From Pseudomonadota bacterium (GTDB lineage: Bacteria > Bdellovibrionota > FAC87 > UBA2466), in NCBI GenBank assembly GCA_043767805.1, contig JAYUGC010000186.1, positions 1 to 47,488 on the forward strand: DNA of 47,488 nt, given 5' to 3'. The translations under genes and the position numbers were made by a program. The notes under the pieces are model-generated. The model worked only from the letters and a program-made list of their open reading frames with translations, was not told the DNA's origin and did no database searches. Each line of letters starts with the position of its first letter. Position 1 is the first letter of the stretch. Positions 28,731-39,671 of this stretch are shown piece after piece.

Positions 28731-30376
28731 ATGTCTAGAAACATGGAGATAACCGCAGGTTTCATGGCGGAGTGCCGCTTGAAGTAGCGTCTAAGCTCGA
28801 TGCGCACCGCTTCCGTGAGGTCAGGCTCCTGATAGAGCTTGGGATAACGGTCTTCCAAATGCTGCTCCGCTCCTTCGATGACTTCCATAATGTCTTCGCC
28901 GGGCGCCATGAGAAGGCCGTATGTCGCGATGCGTGGCGGATGAACGAGCTTCTTTCGGTTACCCGCCTTCATCAGTAACGTGCAGAAAATAATACCGGTT
29001 TTCGCTAGTGCCGCGCGTTGCGTGAAGAGAGAGGGGTCCCCGTCCATGTAAGACCCGCTGACGATGATTCCCTTCTGCAACGGGTGGTTTTCGCCGAGCG
29101 TTATCTCGGTTTTGGAGACTTCAACGGACTGACCGTCTTCGACCACGCAAATATTGTCGGGGTCCACGCCATTGGCTTTCGCGAGCTTCGCGTGCATGGC
29201 GAGGTGTCTGAACTCCCCGTGAATGGGTACGAAGAACTTAGGCCGGCAGGCTTTCAGCATCATGCCCAGCTCTTCCTGAAACCCGTGCCCCGAAACGTGA
29301 ATGTGGCTGATCGATTCATAAGTCACTTCCGCGCCTTGGCGGTAGAGGTGATCGATCATGCCGGTAATCGCTCTTTCGTTGCCTGGAATGAAACGGCTCG
29401 AGAGCAACACGCGATCGGAAGGCTTGATACGAAAACTCTTGTGACTACCCGTCGAAATGCGAACCAACGCCGACTGAGGCTCCGCTTGGCTTCCCGTCAG
29501 CAAAACCACGACTTTGTCGTCTGGATACTCGTCGATGTTCTCGATGAGCACGATGGTGCTCTCGGGCAGCTTCATCGAACCCTGCTCGTGCGCGATGTGC
29601 ACGTAAGAGTGCATGCTGCGCCCTTCGAACGCGACCGCCTTGCCCTGGCTTTTGGCGAGCCAAAGCAGGTTTTCGATACGTCTAATGTTGGACGCAAAGA
29701 GCGCGACGAGAAGCCGCCCCTTCTGCTCCTTAAAGATAGTCTCGAAAGAATTGACCACTTCCTCTTCGGAAATGGTGTGCCCCCGGCGCTCGGCGTTCGT
29801 GCTGTCCGACAATAAGAGCTGCACGCCCTTGTCGCCCCACTCTTCGAACGCGGCGAAATCCTTCACTGGCCCGCCGACATCCGAGGCATCGTGCTTGAAA
29901 TCGCCGGTATGCACGACGGTTCCCACCGGGGTTTCGATGGCAAATCCCAAGCTCTCGATGATGGAGTGCTGAACCGGGATGGGATCGAACTTAAAAGGCC
30001 CCACCTTAAATACCTTCCGCGGCGTGATGTCGTGGAAGCGAAGCTCCTTCAGATCGCTGTACTCCGAGGTCTTATGCTTGATGAGACCCCGGGGAAAAGG
30101 CGTGCAGTAGATATCTAAAGCGAGGTGTTTGGCCAAAAACGGAATGGCCCCGATATGGTCTTCGTGCCCGTGAGTGACGACCACGCCCCGCACCTGATTC
30201 GCGCGAGCGCGCACGTAGCCGAGATCGGGCGTCAAAAGATCCACACCTGGAAACCGCGAGTCCGGAAATTGAATTCCGCAATCCATCAAGACGATCTCCT
30301 CATTGTACTCGAGCAAAAGGCAGTTCATGCCAATCTCGCCGAGTCCACCAAGAGGAAGGATCTTTAATCTTTTCAT
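28727..30376 (-). CDS. rnj: Ribonuclease J
   Basis: LPLGGLGEIGMN, THGHEDHIG, HTGDFK, SDSTNA, TGSQAEP, HVSGHG, PIHGEFRH. Confidence 0.96.
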   Translation of the reverse strand: MKRLKILPLGGLGEIGMNCLLLEYNEEIVLMDCGIQFPDSRFPGVDLLTPDLGYVRARANQVRGVVVTHGHEDHIGAIPFLAKHLALDIYCTPFPRGLIKHKTSEYSDLKELRFHDITPRKVFKVGPFKFDPIPVQHSIIESLGFAIETPVGTVVHTGDFKHDASDVGGPVKDFAAFEEWGDKGVQLLLSDSTNAERRGHTISEEEVVNSFETIFKEQKGRLLVALFASNIRRIENLLWLAKSQGKAVAFEGRSMHSYVHIAHEQGSMKLPESTIVLIENIDEYPDDKVVVLLTGSQAEPQSALVRISTGSHKSFRIKPSDRVLLSSRFIPGNERAITGMIDHLYRQGAEVTYESISHIHVSGHGFQEELGMMLKACRPKFFVPIHGEFRHLAMHAKLAKANGVDPDNICVVEDGQSVEVSKTEITLGENHPLQKGIIVSGSYMDGDPSLFTQRAALAKTGIIFCTLLMKAGNRKKLVHPPRIATYGLLMAPGEDIMEVIEGAEQHLEDRYPKLYQEPDLTEAVRIELRRYFKRHSAMKPAVISMFLDI

Positions 30377-30427
30377 CTACATAGTATTTAACTCTCTCAG
30401 CCACCTCATTCCAAGCACCTTTTGCCT

Positions 30428-30454
30428 TAACCTTCCCCGCGTTATTGCCGATAG
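30428..30454 (+). promoter_or_regulatory. Candidate sigma28 (FliA) promoter for the LysM lipoprotein gene
   Basis: TAAC-N15-GCCGATAG versus consensus TAAA-N15-GCCGATAA, 46 nt before ATG 30501. Confidence 0.55.
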
Positions 30455-30500
30455 ACAGGATGAAAGAGAGGGCCTGCAGTCCGGCTCTCTTGGACACATT

Positions 30501-31718
30501 ATGAGAAATCGGGGATTCATCCTTCCGGCCCTCACTGGTTTCACGGTCTCGGCGCTATTCATTTTCATGTCGTGCGCCGGCCAAGAAGCGAACAATGAAG
30601 ATCCGCTCAGCGAGCTCGGTCAAGAACAACCCGCGACGGAACAGACGGCCGATGCCGCTCCGAAGGACGACGCTGGACTCGGCGACTTAACGCCGCCCGA
30701 AGAGCCCGCGAAAGCCGATAACGTCGGCCTTCCCTCCGAAGACGAAATGGCAAAGACCGCCGAAGCCGGCTCTGACCTCGGCGATATTCCGGCCGAAAAG
30801 GCGTCGAACGAAGACCTTTCCAAAGATTCCGCCTTGAACGACGTGCTTGGCTTGCCCAGCGATGCCGACATCGCGAAAGCCGCGCGCGAAGAAGAAATGT
30901 CGAAAGCCCGCACGGCGTCTCTCGGCGAGGGCGGCGGACAATCTGTCGAACAGCCTTGGAGCGGCGTGTCCCGCCTTCCCTCCATCCCTCAGTCCGCCAT
31001 CAAGCGCAAAGGCAAGAGCCTCAATCGGTTCTACTTCGTGCGTAAGGGCGATACCCCGGCTTCCGTTTCCGAGCTCCTTTATGGGTCCGCCGGTCAGGCG
31101 AAAGACCTCAAAGCTTGGAACAAAGGCGCCTGGAAGCCCGGCAAACTCCTTTTCTACGCCTCTGCCCAGTCCCCGACGGACACGCAGATGCAGTCCTTCT
31201 ACAAAGAGCGCGGCATCCAAAACGGTGAGTACACCGTGAAAAAGGGCGACTGGCTCTCCAAAGTCGCGAAAAACCTCCTTGGACACCCGGGCAGCTGGAA
31301 GGAAATCGCCATCATCAACGGCCTTTCCTCCGCGGACGCCATCGAAAAAGGCCAACGGCTCGCGGTATACCCGGCGGACCTTCGTGGCGGCGCTCCGGCG
31401 GGCGGCTTGGCTCAGAATATCGACCCGACGGTGCAGCCCACGGTGCCCCCGGCCGGTACTCCCGACTCTTTCCAGGCTGATTCCGGCTTGCAAAACGCGC
31501 CCCCGGTTCCTTCGGGCGGCCCGAACAAGAAGATCACCAAGAAAAGCGGCCTCGATACCCTGCTAATTCTCAAGCAAGAGTGGATCACCATCGTGTTTGG
31601 ATCGGTGGTCGTGCTCTTCCTCATCGCGCTGCTCATCGTCAACAAGCGCCGCAAAGCCCGCCGCAATACGGCGACCGAAGACGTGCCGGATGATATCTTC
31701 GGCGGCGGCGCTCAGTAA
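30501..31718 (+). CDS. Two-LysM-domain lipoprotein with an acidic linker and a C-terminal TM anchor
   Basis: FIFMSC lipobox-like; YFVRKGDT and YTVKKGDWLSKVA...WKEIAIIN LysM repeats; WITIVFGSVVVLFLIALLIVNKRRK TM plus basic stop. Confidence 0.85.
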   Translation: MRNRGFILPALTGFTVSALFIFMSCAGQEANNEDPLSELGQEQPATEQTADAAPKDDAGLGDLTPPEEPAKADNVGLPSEDEMAKTAEAGSDLGDIPAEKASNEDLSKDSALNDVLGLPSDADIAKAAREEEMSKARTASLGEGGGQSVEQPWSGVSRLPSIPQSAIKRKGKSLNRFYFVRKGDTPASVSELLYGSAGQAKDLKAWNKGAWKPGKLLFYASAQSPTDTQMQSFYKERGIQNGEYTVKKGDWLSKVAKNLLGHPGSWKEIAIINGLSSADAIEKGQRLAVYPADLRGGAPAGGLAQNIDPTVQPTVPPAGTPDSFQADSGLQNAPPVPSGGPNKKITKKSGLDTLLILKQEWITIVFGSVVVLFLIALLIVNKRRKARRNTATEDVPDDIFGGGAQ

Positions 31719-31837
31719 AAGCGCGCTCCCTTAGCGCCTTTTCTCCTCTAGAATCCGCCTTAAATTCCCGCGCCGCAGTTTGACATTTTCCCCCAAAACC
31801 ATCAGATTGGGCCCTTTCTATCTCCACAGGGGAACCC

Positions 31838-33010
31838 ATGAATCTGAAGAATTGCTTGTTCACTTCCGAGTCAGTCACGGAAGGCCACCCGGATAAAATG
31901 TGCGATCGGATTTCCGACGCTGTTTTGGACGCCATTCTGGCTCAGGACCCCAAAGGCCGCGTGGCCTGCGAAACCATGGTGACCACCGGTCTGGCCATGG
32001 TCAGCGGTGAAATCACCACTTCCGCCGTCATCGACGTGCCGAAGCTGGTGCGGGAATGCATCAAGGACATCGGATACACCTCCGATGACATGGGTTTCGA
32101 CTCGAAGACCTGCGCGGTCCTCACCTCCATCGGCAAGCAGTCGGTGGACATTTCGCAAGGCGTGACCGAAGGGGAAGGCCTCTTCAAGGAACAAGGCGCC
32201 GGCGACCAAGGTTTGATGTTCGGTTATGCCTGCGACGAAACGCCGGAGCTCATGCCCGCGAGCATTGCGTTCTCGCACCGGCTGACCAAGCGCCTCGCGG
32301 ATTGCCGCAAAGAAGGCGTTCTCGGTTTCCTTCGTCCCGACGGCAAGGCCCAAGTCACGATTCAGTACGAAAACGGCGTTCCGAAGCGCGTGTCCGCTGT
32401 GGTCCTTTCCACCCAGCACAGCCCGGAAGTGTCGTACGAAGAATTAAAGACCGCGGTCATGGAAGAAGTCATCCAGAAGGCCATCCCGGCCAAGATGCTC
32501 GACGCCAAGACCATGTACTACGTGAACCCCACGGGACGGTTCGTCGTCGGCGGCCCCATGGGCGATTGCGGCCTCACGGGACGTAAGATCATCGTCGATA
32601 CCTACGGCGGACACGGCGCCCACGGCGGCGGCGCTTTCTCTGGTAAGGATCCCTCGAAGGTGGATCGCTCGGCTTGCTATATGGGCCGTTACATCGCGAA
32701 GAACCTCGTCGCGGCCGGCCTCGCCAAGCGTTGCTTGGTGCAGCTCGCCTACGCCATCGGCGTTGCGGAGCCCGTCTCCATCATGATCGACGATTTCGGC
32801 ACCGGAACGACCAATACCGAAAAGCTCTCCGGAGCCGTGCGGGAATTGTTCGGCACGAAGCCGTCTGAAATCATCAAGTCCCTCGATCTCTTGCGCCCCA
32901 TCTACCAAGAAACCTCGGCCTATGGCCACTTCGGCCGTACTTCGGCGAAGGGTTTCACGTGGGAACGCCTGGATCGAGTCGACGAGCTTAAGGGCTTAGC
33001 TAAGCACTAA
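31838..33010 (+). CDS. metK: S-adenosylmethionine synthetase
   Basis: [40 protein letters not shown]. Confidence 0.98.
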   Translation: MNLKNCLFTSESVTEGHPDKMCDRISDAVLDAILAQDPKGRVACETMVTTGLAMVSGEITTSAVIDVPKLVRECIKDIGYTSDDMGFDSKTCAVLTSIGKQSVDISQGVTEGEGLFKEQGAGDQGLMFGYACDETPELMPASIAFSHRLTKRLADCRKEGVLGFLRPDGKAQVTIQYENGVPKRVSAVVLSTQHSPEVSYEELKTAVMEEVIQKAIPAKMLDAKTMYYVNPTGRFVVGGPMGDCGLTGRKIIVDTYGGHGAHGGGAFSGKDPSKVDRSACYMGRYIAKNLVAAGLAKRCLVQLAYAIGVAEPVSIMIDDFGTGTTNTEKLSGAVRELFGTKPSEIIKSLDLLRPIYQETSAYGHFGRTSAKGFTWERLDRVDELKGLAKH

Positions 33011-33201
33011 GCCTTCTTATCGGTAACCGCGGGTACGGTCGTGGCTTTAGTGCCTTCGTGCGCGCCCTGAGCGTTCATCTCTTCGCATTCGATTTCCATA
33101 TCGAAGAGAAGCTCGTCACAAGCGAGGCACACCTGCTTGTTGTTCATGACGAACGGGGATTTGTCTTTGCCGCAGACTCCGCAAACGTGATTTTTCGACA
33201 T
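33007..33201 (-). CDS. Small (64 aa) putative C4 zinc-finger protein
   Basis: Start MSKNHV with GGAGG upstream; CGVC...CLAC; acidic tail; stop overlaps the metK stop. Confidence 0.65.
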   Translation of the reverse strand: MSKNHVCGVCGKDKSPFVMNNKQVCLACDELLFDMEIECEEMNAQGAHEGTKATTVPAVTDKKA

Positions 33202-33449
33202 AGGGATAAGAACCTCCGAAACGGGCATAGGGTGAGCGCCCGGGAATTCTAATTTCAGCGGGGAATGATTTAAGTCTCTAAGAGGTAAAACAGGATTGAG
33301 AGCTAGCAACGATCCACTAACTAGATTGTAGATCTTCTAGCCCACCGAATCAATCTAACACACTGAAAATACAAACTTTTTTGTATTCTCTCAGAATACA
33401 CCACCAGCCATCAGCTACTTACGTATCTAAAAAGGTACCTGGTACCTCG

Positions 33450-35870
33450 TTAGTGCGACGGCAGAACTGGTACCGGAGGCACGACTTCGGGGACGATGAC
33501 CGCGGGGACATCGCCGCCTTTCGCTCCGCCCACGAAGACTTCATCCGTGATGAGCGCGTGGCGAAGGACCTGGTCCATATGGGTCACGTCCACGATTTCG
33601 AGGCCGTCGAGAATATTGGCCGGCACGTCCCGGAGATCTTTTAAGTTCTCTCTGGGGAGTACGACCTTCTTCACGCCGCCACGGCTCGCCGCGATGATCT
33701 TCTCTTTGAGGCCGCCGATGGGAAGCACGTTGCCTCGGAGCGTAATCTCTCCGGTCATGGCGACGTCCTTGCTGACCGGCTTACCGGTGAGCGCGCTCAC
33801 CAAGGCAGTCGCCATGGTGATGCCCGCGGACGGGCCGTCTTTCGGTATGGCGCCTTCGGGAACGTGAATGTGGATGTCCACCTTCTCGTAGAAGTTCGGA
33901 TCGATGCCGAGCATCCGGGCGCGTGAGCGGACGTAGCTGAACGCGGCCTGAGCCGATTCCTGCATGACATCGCCGAGCTTACCGGTGACCTTCAGATTGC
34001 CTTTACCGGGCAGCTGAAGGACTTCGATCTGCAGCAAGTCACCGCCGACTTCCGTGTACGCGAGACCGGTGCAAAGCCCGATTTCGGAGGTCTCTTCCGT
34101 GCGGTTGAACCGGAACTTGTGGGGTCCAAGGAGCTTCACGAGACGCTTCGGAGAAATGTGTACCTTGTCTTTTTTGTCCTTCTCGGTAGCCCATTCGCGC
34201 GCCGTTTTGCGGCATACGGAAGCGACTTCGCGCTCGAGGCTACGGACGCCGGCTTCTTTCGTATAGTGCCGGACGAGATCCTTTAAAGTCGTCATCGGGA
34301 TCTCGATCTTGTCGTCGTTCAGGCCGTGACGCTCGATCTGCTTCGGCACGAGGTGGCGGCGCGAGATCTCAATCTTTTCTTCCTCGGTGTAGCCCGAGAG
34401 AGAGATGACTTCGAGACGATCGAGCAGCGGCCACGGGATCGAATGCTGGGAGTTCGCGGTGGTGATAAACATCACGTTCGAAAGGTCGTACTCGACCTCA
34501 AGGTAATGGTCCGCGAAGAACTTGTTCTGTTCCGGATCGAGCACTTCGAGCAGCGCGCTCGAAGGATCGCCACGGAAATCCGTGCTCATCTTGTCGATCT
34601 CGTCGAGCAAGATGACCGGGTTAATTGTGTTGGCCTTTTTCATGGCCTGAATGATTTTCCCAGGCAAAGCGCCGATGTAGGTACGGCGATGACCGCGGAT
34701 TTCCGCTTCGTCGCGCACGCCGCCCAAGGAGATCTTCACGAAGTTACGGCCGATGGATTTCGCGATGGAGCGGGCCAGAGACGTCTTACCGACGCCCGGA
34801 GGCCCAACCATGCAAAGAATGGGTCCCTGCATTTTCTGCACGAGACTCTGGACCGCGAGATGCTCGAGGATGCGCTCTTTTACGGTCTTCAAGCCGTAAT
34901 GATCGTGATCGAGGACCTTTTCCGCGGCTTCGAGATCGATCTTGTCTTCGGTCTTCTCGTTCCAGGGAAGGCTTATGATCCAGTCGAGATAGTTGCGCAC
35001 CACGGTGGCTTCCGCCGACATGGGCGACATCATCTTGAGTTTTTTGAGCTCGGAGTTCGCTTTTTTGAGCGCCTCTTCCGTCAAGCGCTTGCGCTTGATG
35101 GCCTTCTCTAACTCGAAAACCTCGGACTTGAACTCGTCTCTCTCGCCGAGCTCCTTCTGAATGGCCTGCATCTGCTCATTCAGGTAGTACTCTTTCTGCG
35201 AGCGCTCCATCTGCTTCTTAACGCGGCTGCGGATCTTCTTCTCGACTTGGAGAATCTCAATCTCACCTTGGATGAGGCTATAGAGCTTTTCGAGACGCGG
35301 CACGGCGTCTACCATCTCGAGAAGCTTCTGCTTCTCTTCGACCTTGATGTTGAGATGAGGAACGATGGTGTCGGCGAGTTTGCCTGGCTCTTCGATGGCG
35401 AGTACCGACATGAGCAACTCAGGCGGGATGCGCTTATTGAGCTTCACATAGGACTCGAACGTCCCTTTGATGCTGCGGACGAAAGCTTCCGCTTCCACCG
35501 GCGCGGACATCACTTCTTCGAGGACGTTGCCCTCGATACGGAAGATGCTGTCCTTCTCTAAAAACTTGGTGATGTGAAAGCGCTGGAGCCCCTCCACCAG
35601 CACTTTGAGCGTGCCGTCAGGAAGCCTAAGCAGCTGGATGATGTTGGCCAGCGTGCCAATGGGGAAGATGTCTTTGTCTTCCGGGTTATTGTTCTGCGCC
35701 TTCTTCTGGGCCGCGAGCACAATCTGCTTGTTGGCGGCCATGGCGTCCTCTAGGGCGCGGATGGACTTCTCCCGGCCGACGAACAACGGCACAACCATAT
35801 GCGGGAATACGATGATGTCTCTGAGCGGAAGAAGGGAAAACTGCAAGGCGGCGCGGTCTTGTTTTTTCAT
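33450..35870 (-). CDS. lon: Lon protease
   Basis: [11 protein letters not shown]-domain, [24 protein letters not shown] (catalytic Ser), IGGLKEK. Confidence 0.98.
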   Translation of the reverse strand: MKKQDRAALQFSLLPLRDIIVFPHMVVPLFVGREKSIRALEDAMAANKQIVLAAQKKAQNNNPEDKDIFPIGTLANIIQLLRLPDGTLKVLVEGLQRFHITKFLEKDSIFRIEGNVLEEVMSAPVEAEAFVRSIKGTFESYVKLNKRIPPELLMSVLAIEEPGKLADTIVPHLNIKVEEKQKLLEMVDAVPRLEKLYSLIQGEIEILQVEKKIRSRVKKQMERSQKEYYLNEQMQAIQKELGERDEFKSEVFELEKAIKRKRLTEEALKKANSELKKLKMMSPMSAEATVVRNYLDWIISLPWNEKTEDKIDLEAAEKVLDHDHYGLKTVKERILEHLAVQSLVQKMQGPILCMVGPPGVGKTSLARSIAKSIGRNFVKISLGGVRDEAEIRGHRRTYIGALPGKIIQAMKKANTINPVILLDEIDKMSTDFRGDPSSALLEVLDPEQNKFFADHYLEVEYDLSNVMFITTANSQHSIPWPLLDRLEVISLSGYTEEEKIEISRRHLVPKQIERHGLNDDKIEIPMTTLKDLVRHYTKEAGVRSLEREVASVCRKTAREWATEKDKKDKVHISPKRLVKLLGPHKFRFNRTEETSEIGLCTGLAYTEVGGDLLQIEVLQLPGKGNLKVTGKLGDVMQESAQAAFSYVRSRARMLGIDPNFYEKVDIHIHVPEGAIPKDGPSAGITMATALVSALTGKPVSKDVAMTGEITLRGNVLPIGGLKEKIIAASRGGVKKVVLPRENLKDLRDVPANILDGLEIVDVTHMDQVLRHALITDEVFVGGAKGGDVPAVIVPEVVPPVPVLPSH

Positions 35871-35890
35871 TCAAGCTCCTGCTCTAATCA

Positions 35891-36029
35891 GTCGCTGTCG
35901 GGAATCCGACAGCGACGTGTCCTGAGGCTTTAGCCGAAGGATCCCGTGGTAAAAATCTCTGCTAGTTAAGATGAGATCCTTCGCTTGGCTCAGGACACGT
36001 TGGTATCGGAAACTTCGTTTCCCATACCC
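35891..36029. repeat. Three tandem palindromes in the clpX-lon spacer, the middle one REP-like
   Basis: GTCGCTGTCGG-gaat-CCGACAGCGAC (35891-916); ACGTGTCCTGAG...CGAAGGGATC...GATCCTTCG...CTCAGGACACGT (35915-36000); GGTAT-C-GGAAAC-ttc-GTTTCC-C-ATACC. Confidence 0.75.
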
Positions 36030-36141
36030 ACTTATTATCGCTTCTTTTTTAGACAATCACTAGCGGGGCGCGCAAAGGCGACCTGTTGACACGAGAAAGG
36101 AAAGTCCTCTTTATTTTAGCTCAACCGGAAAGCCTGGAAGC

Positions 36142-37437
36142 TTAAGCCGTCTCAGCTTTTTTCACGTCGCGGGCGGCTTGCTCTTCAGGGCTCGTGTACG
36201 AGAGCTCAGGCTTATCGTTCTTCAGAACGACGCCTTCGTTGATGACCACTTCCTTCAGATTCGGGATGGACGGCAGCTCATACATGATGTCGAGCATGGC
36301 GCTTTCCAGAATCGAGCGAAGGCCGCGGGCACCCGTTTTGCTCTTCAGCGCTTCTTTGGCGATGGTTTTCAGGGCGCCATCGGAGAAGCGAAGCTTCACG
36401 TTCTCGTACTCGAATAGCTTTTGGTACTGCTTCACGATGGCGTTCTTCGGCTCCGTCAGAATCTTCACGAGGCTGACTTCGTCGAGCTCTTCCAAGGTGG
36501 CGACCACCGGCAAGCGGCCGATGAACTCCGGAATCATGCCGAAGCGGAGCAAATCCTCGGGCAGAACCTGGTGGAGCAGCGCTCCCACGTTCCGATCGAG
36601 CTGTCCTTTGACTTCGGCGCCGATTCCGATCGCGCGCTTGTTCGTACGGCCTTCGATGACCTTATCGAGACCCACGAAAGCGCCGCCGCAGATGAAGAGG
36701 ATGTTCTGCGTGTCGACCTGCAGGAACTCCTGCTGCGGGTGCTTACGGCCGCCTTTGGGCGGAACGTTCGCGCGGGTGCCCTCGAAGATTTTGAGCAGCG
36801 CTTGCTGCACGCCTTCACCGGAGACGTCGCGGGTGATCGACGGGTTCTCGCCTTTGCGGGCGATTTTGTCGATTTCGTCGATATAGACGATACCCTTCTG
36901 CGCCTTCTCGATGTCGTAGTCGGCGTTTTGCAAGAGATAGAGAATGATGTTCTCGACGTCTTCTCCGACGTAACCGGCTTCGGTCAAGGTCGTGGCATCG
37001 ACGATGCAAAAGGGAACTTTCAAGAGGCGCGCGAGCGTCTGCGCGAGCAGCGTCTTACCCGAGCCAGTAGGCCCGATAAGCAAGATGTTGCTCTTTTGCA
37101 GTTCGACTTCGGAACCGTAGCTCGCCGTCACCTTCGAATTGCCAATGCGCTTGTAGTGGTTGTGTACCGCTACGGAGAGCGTCTTCTTCGCACCCTGCTG
37201 CCCTATGATGTAATCGTCGAGCGTATTCTTAATCTCCGTGGGCTTCGGAATCTTTTGATTGCCGGCCTTGAGTTCTTCCTTCTCGGCCTCCTCCGCGATG
37301 ATGTCGTTGCACAACTCGATGCACTCATCGCAAATGTGGACCGTGGGCCCGGCAATCAGCTTCTTAACTTCCCGCTGGCTCTTCCCGCAGAAGCTGCAAA
37401 CCAAATTTCCGAAACTGTCGCTATCTCTACGGCTCAT
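36142..37437 (-). CDS. clpX: ATP-dependent Clp protease ATP-binding subunit ClpX
   Basis: CSFCGK...ICDEC zinc domain, [36 protein letters not shown]. Confidence 0.98.
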   Translation of the reverse strand: MSRRDSDSFGNLVCSFCGKSQREVKKLIAGPTVHICDECIELCNDIIAEEAEKEELKAGNQKIPKPTEIKNTLDDYIIGQQGAKKTLSVAVHNHYKRIGNSKVTASYGSEVELQKSNILLIGPTGSGKTLLAQTLARLLKVPFCIVDATTLTEAGYVGEDVENIILYLLQNADYDIEKAQKGIVYIDEIDKIARKGENPSITRDVSGEGVQQALLKIFEGTRANVPPKGGRKHPQQEFLQVDTQNILFICGGAFVGLDKVIEGRTNKRAIGIGAEVKGQLDRNVGALLHQVLPEDLLRFGMIPEFIGRLPVVATLEELDEVSLVKILTEPKNAIVKQYQKLFEYENVKLRFSDGALKTIAKEALKSKTGARGLRSILESAMLDIMYELPSIPNLKEVVINEGVVLKNDKPELSYTSPEEQAARDVKKAETA

Positions 37438-37482
37438 CTATTTGTCTCCCCCGGATATTCCTTATTATGGAACGGTCCGAGC

Positions 37483-38181
37483 TCAAGTAGGTAACTTTTT
37501 AGACTTTCCGCCAATGCTACGGAGAGTCACCACCGAGTCCACGATGCCATAGTCCTTGGCTTCCTGGGCTGACATGAAGAAGTCGCGGTCCGTGTCTTTT
37601 TCGATGCGATCGAAAGGTTGATCCGTGTGCGAGGACAGAATCTGGTTCAATTTCTGCTTCGCCGCCAAAATGTGTTTCGCCTGAATGGCGATATCCGTCG
37701 CTTGTCCCTGAGCACCGCCCAAGGGCTGATGGATCATGATCTCGGAGTTGGGCAGGGCGAAGCGCTTGCCCTTGGTGCCGCAGGTAAGGAGCACGGCTCC
37801 CATGCTGGCCGCCATTCCGGTGCAGTAGGTGGCGATGTCGGGCCGCACGTACTGCATCATGTCGTAGATGCCCAGGCCCGCGGAAACGGATCCGCCGGGG
37901 CTGTTGATGTAAATGTGAATGTCCGCCTCGGGATTCTCCGACTCGAGGAAGAGGAGCTGCGCGATGACCAAGTTCGCAATGGCATCGTCGATGGGCGTGC
38001 CGATGAAAATGATCCGCTCTTTCAGAAGGCGGGAATAGATGTCGAAGCTTCGCTCTCCGCGAGCCGTTTGTTCGATGACGATGGGAACCAGATAATTCGA
38101 CGCAGACATCGTAGTTAACCCGCTTTCATGGTTTGCTTTGGAAATCACAGGAGAATAGAAAACCGATTGAAGGTCCAGCAC
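37483..38181 (-). CDS. clpP: ATP-dependent Clp protease proteolytic subunit ClpP (possible N-terminal propeptide)
   Basis: [42 protein letters not shown] lies 9 nt upstream of GTG 38181 (alternative ATG 38109). Confidence 0.97.
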   Translation of the reverse strand: MLDLQSVFYSPVISKANHESGLTTMSASNYLVPIVIEQTARGERSFDIYSRLLKERIIFIGTPIDDAIANLVIAQLLFLESENPEADIHIYINSPGGSVSAGLGIYDMMQYVRPDIATYCTGMAASMGAVLLTCGTKGKRFALPNSEIMIHQPLGGAQGQATDIAIQAKHILAAKQKLNQILSSHTDQPFDRIEKDTDRDFFMSAQEAKDYGIVDSVVTLRSIGGKSKKLPT

Positions 38182-38259
38182 GTAAGGACACCTCCAAGGT
38201 TTATTTAACTCAAGGCGATTTGGGATGACAAGACCCGTCGTGGCTCGCCGAACGCTAAT

Positions 38260-39573
38260 TTAGCGTTTTGGCGAGGATTCGACGACCTGAGCGTTTTCGA
38301 TGAGAAACGCGAAGACCTGGTCTGTGAGCACCTCATCGCGGATTTTGTCGAGCATGCCGCGCTCGGCCAAGAGCCGCTGAGTCTGTTCCGGCGTCTGATT
38401 GATTTGTCCCGCGAAACCGAGCACTTTTTCCTCGACGATCTTTTCGTCGAGCTCGATTTTCTCTTTTTGGGCGATTTCTTTCAGGATCAGGGAACTTCTT
38501 ACCATCTGCTCCGCGCGTTTGCGTAGTTCTTGGACATCTTTTTCCAGGAGCTCCGGGAACTGGTTGGCCCCACGGCGTTTCATGTCGTCGAACATCCATT
38601 GCAGAAGGGTGCGCGACTGCGTTTCGACCATGGAGGGCGGCACTTCGAACGTGTGGTTAGCGATCAAATAATCGACGATTTCTTTGCGCTGAGTGCGCTG
38701 GGTTTCTTCCTGCTTGGACTTCACCATGTTTTCCCGGATCTCCGTTTTGAGAGACTCGAGCGTGTTGCCCTCTTTGAGCTGGGCGGCCATGGTGTCGTCG
38801 ATGGTGGGGAGCGCTTTTTTCTTCAGCTCCACGAGTTTGAGCGAGAAAACCGCTTCCTTGCCCGCGAGCTCCTTGTCGCCGAAATCGTCGGGGAACTTCG
38901 CCGTCACGTCGCGCGCGTCGCCGACGGTCATGGAGAGGAAAGCTTGGTCTAACTCGTCGATAAGCTTGCCGGTGCCCAACTCCACGGAGAAGGGCTTGCC
39001 GGAATCTTTCTTACCCGTGCCGACTACCTCGTAGGCGACTTCGACCAAACCGTAGAAACCTTTTTCAGGCTTGGTTGCGTCGGTCGGCTCCAAAACCGCG
39101 AGGCGGTCCTGGATGTTTTCCAAAGTTTTTTGCACTTCGTCTTCGGTGACGTCCGTGGTGGCGCGCTTCACGGGCACGCCTTTGTAATTGCGAAGCTCGA
39201 TCTCGGGGGAGACTTCGAACTCAGCCTCGAACTCGAGCGGCTTTTCGGCTTCAATCGGCATCGCCGTGATTTTCATCTTCGGGCGGCTGACCGGCTGAAG
39301 GTTCGTCTTTTGAACCGCCTCTTGCAGGCCGGCTTCGATGAGGTGGTTGACGACCTCTTTTTGGATCTCTTCTTTGTACTTGGTCTTCACCATGGAAATG
39401 GGAGCCTTGCCGGGGCGAAAGCCGGGGAGCTTCGCCTGCTTGGCAAACTGGCGGGTAGTCCGCTCGTGCTCTTTTTTGAGGGTCTCGCCGGGAAACTCGA
39501 GGTGGAGGCGGACCAGCGTCTTGGAAACGCGGTCGACCTTCTTAACGTTCAAGTTATGCTCATGTTTTTCCAC
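38260..39573 (-). CDS. tig: Trigger factor
   Basis: LPGFRPGKAP ribosome-binding motif, FKBP-like middle (FPDDF..KELAGKEAVF); tig-clpP-clpX-lon synteny. Confidence 0.95.
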   Translation of the reverse strand: MEKHEHNLNVKKVDRVSKTLVRLHLEFPGETLKKEHERTTRQFAKQAKLPGFRPGKAPISMVKTKYKEEIQKEVVNHLIEAGLQEAVQKTNLQPVSRPKMKITAMPIEAEKPLEFEAEFEVSPEIELRNYKGVPVKRATTDVTEDEVQKTLENIQDRLAVLEPTDATKPEKGFYGLVEVAYEVVGTGKKDSGKPFSVELGTGKLIDELDQAFLSMTVGDARDVTAKFPDDFGDKELAGKEAVFSLKLVELKKKALPTIDDTMAAQLKEGNTLESLKTEIRENMVKSKQEETQRTQRKEIVDYLIANHTFEVPPSMVETQSRTLLQWMFDDMKRRGANQFPELLEKDVQELRKRAEQMVRSSLILKEIAQKEKIELDEKIVEEKVLGFAGQINQTPEQTQRLLAERGMLDKIRDEVLTDQVFAFLIENAQVVESSPKR

Positions 39574-39671
39574 GATTTTTCCCCGTCTTTTCCGAAAACT
39601 GAATTATAGAACCCACGGTAAATACCACACCGTGGTGGGGATCACAACGGGGCCTAGTCCAGGACTAAAGC

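Noticed and set aside
31720..31837. SAM riboswitch upstream of metK
   Set aside because: The spacer is short and lacks SAM-I/II core motifs; only a TTGACA promoter-like box is visible
33430..33447. AAAAGGTACCTGGTACCT short palindrome after lon
   Set aside because: Could be a remnant REP-like motif or a weak terminator, but it is single-copy here and too short to support a call
36421..37494. 357-aa plus-strand ORF (and the similar 34326-35111, 21303-22025, 10872-11870, 5202-6092)
   Set aside because: Antisense to the well-conserved clpX, lon, gltA, pcrA and gmd genes
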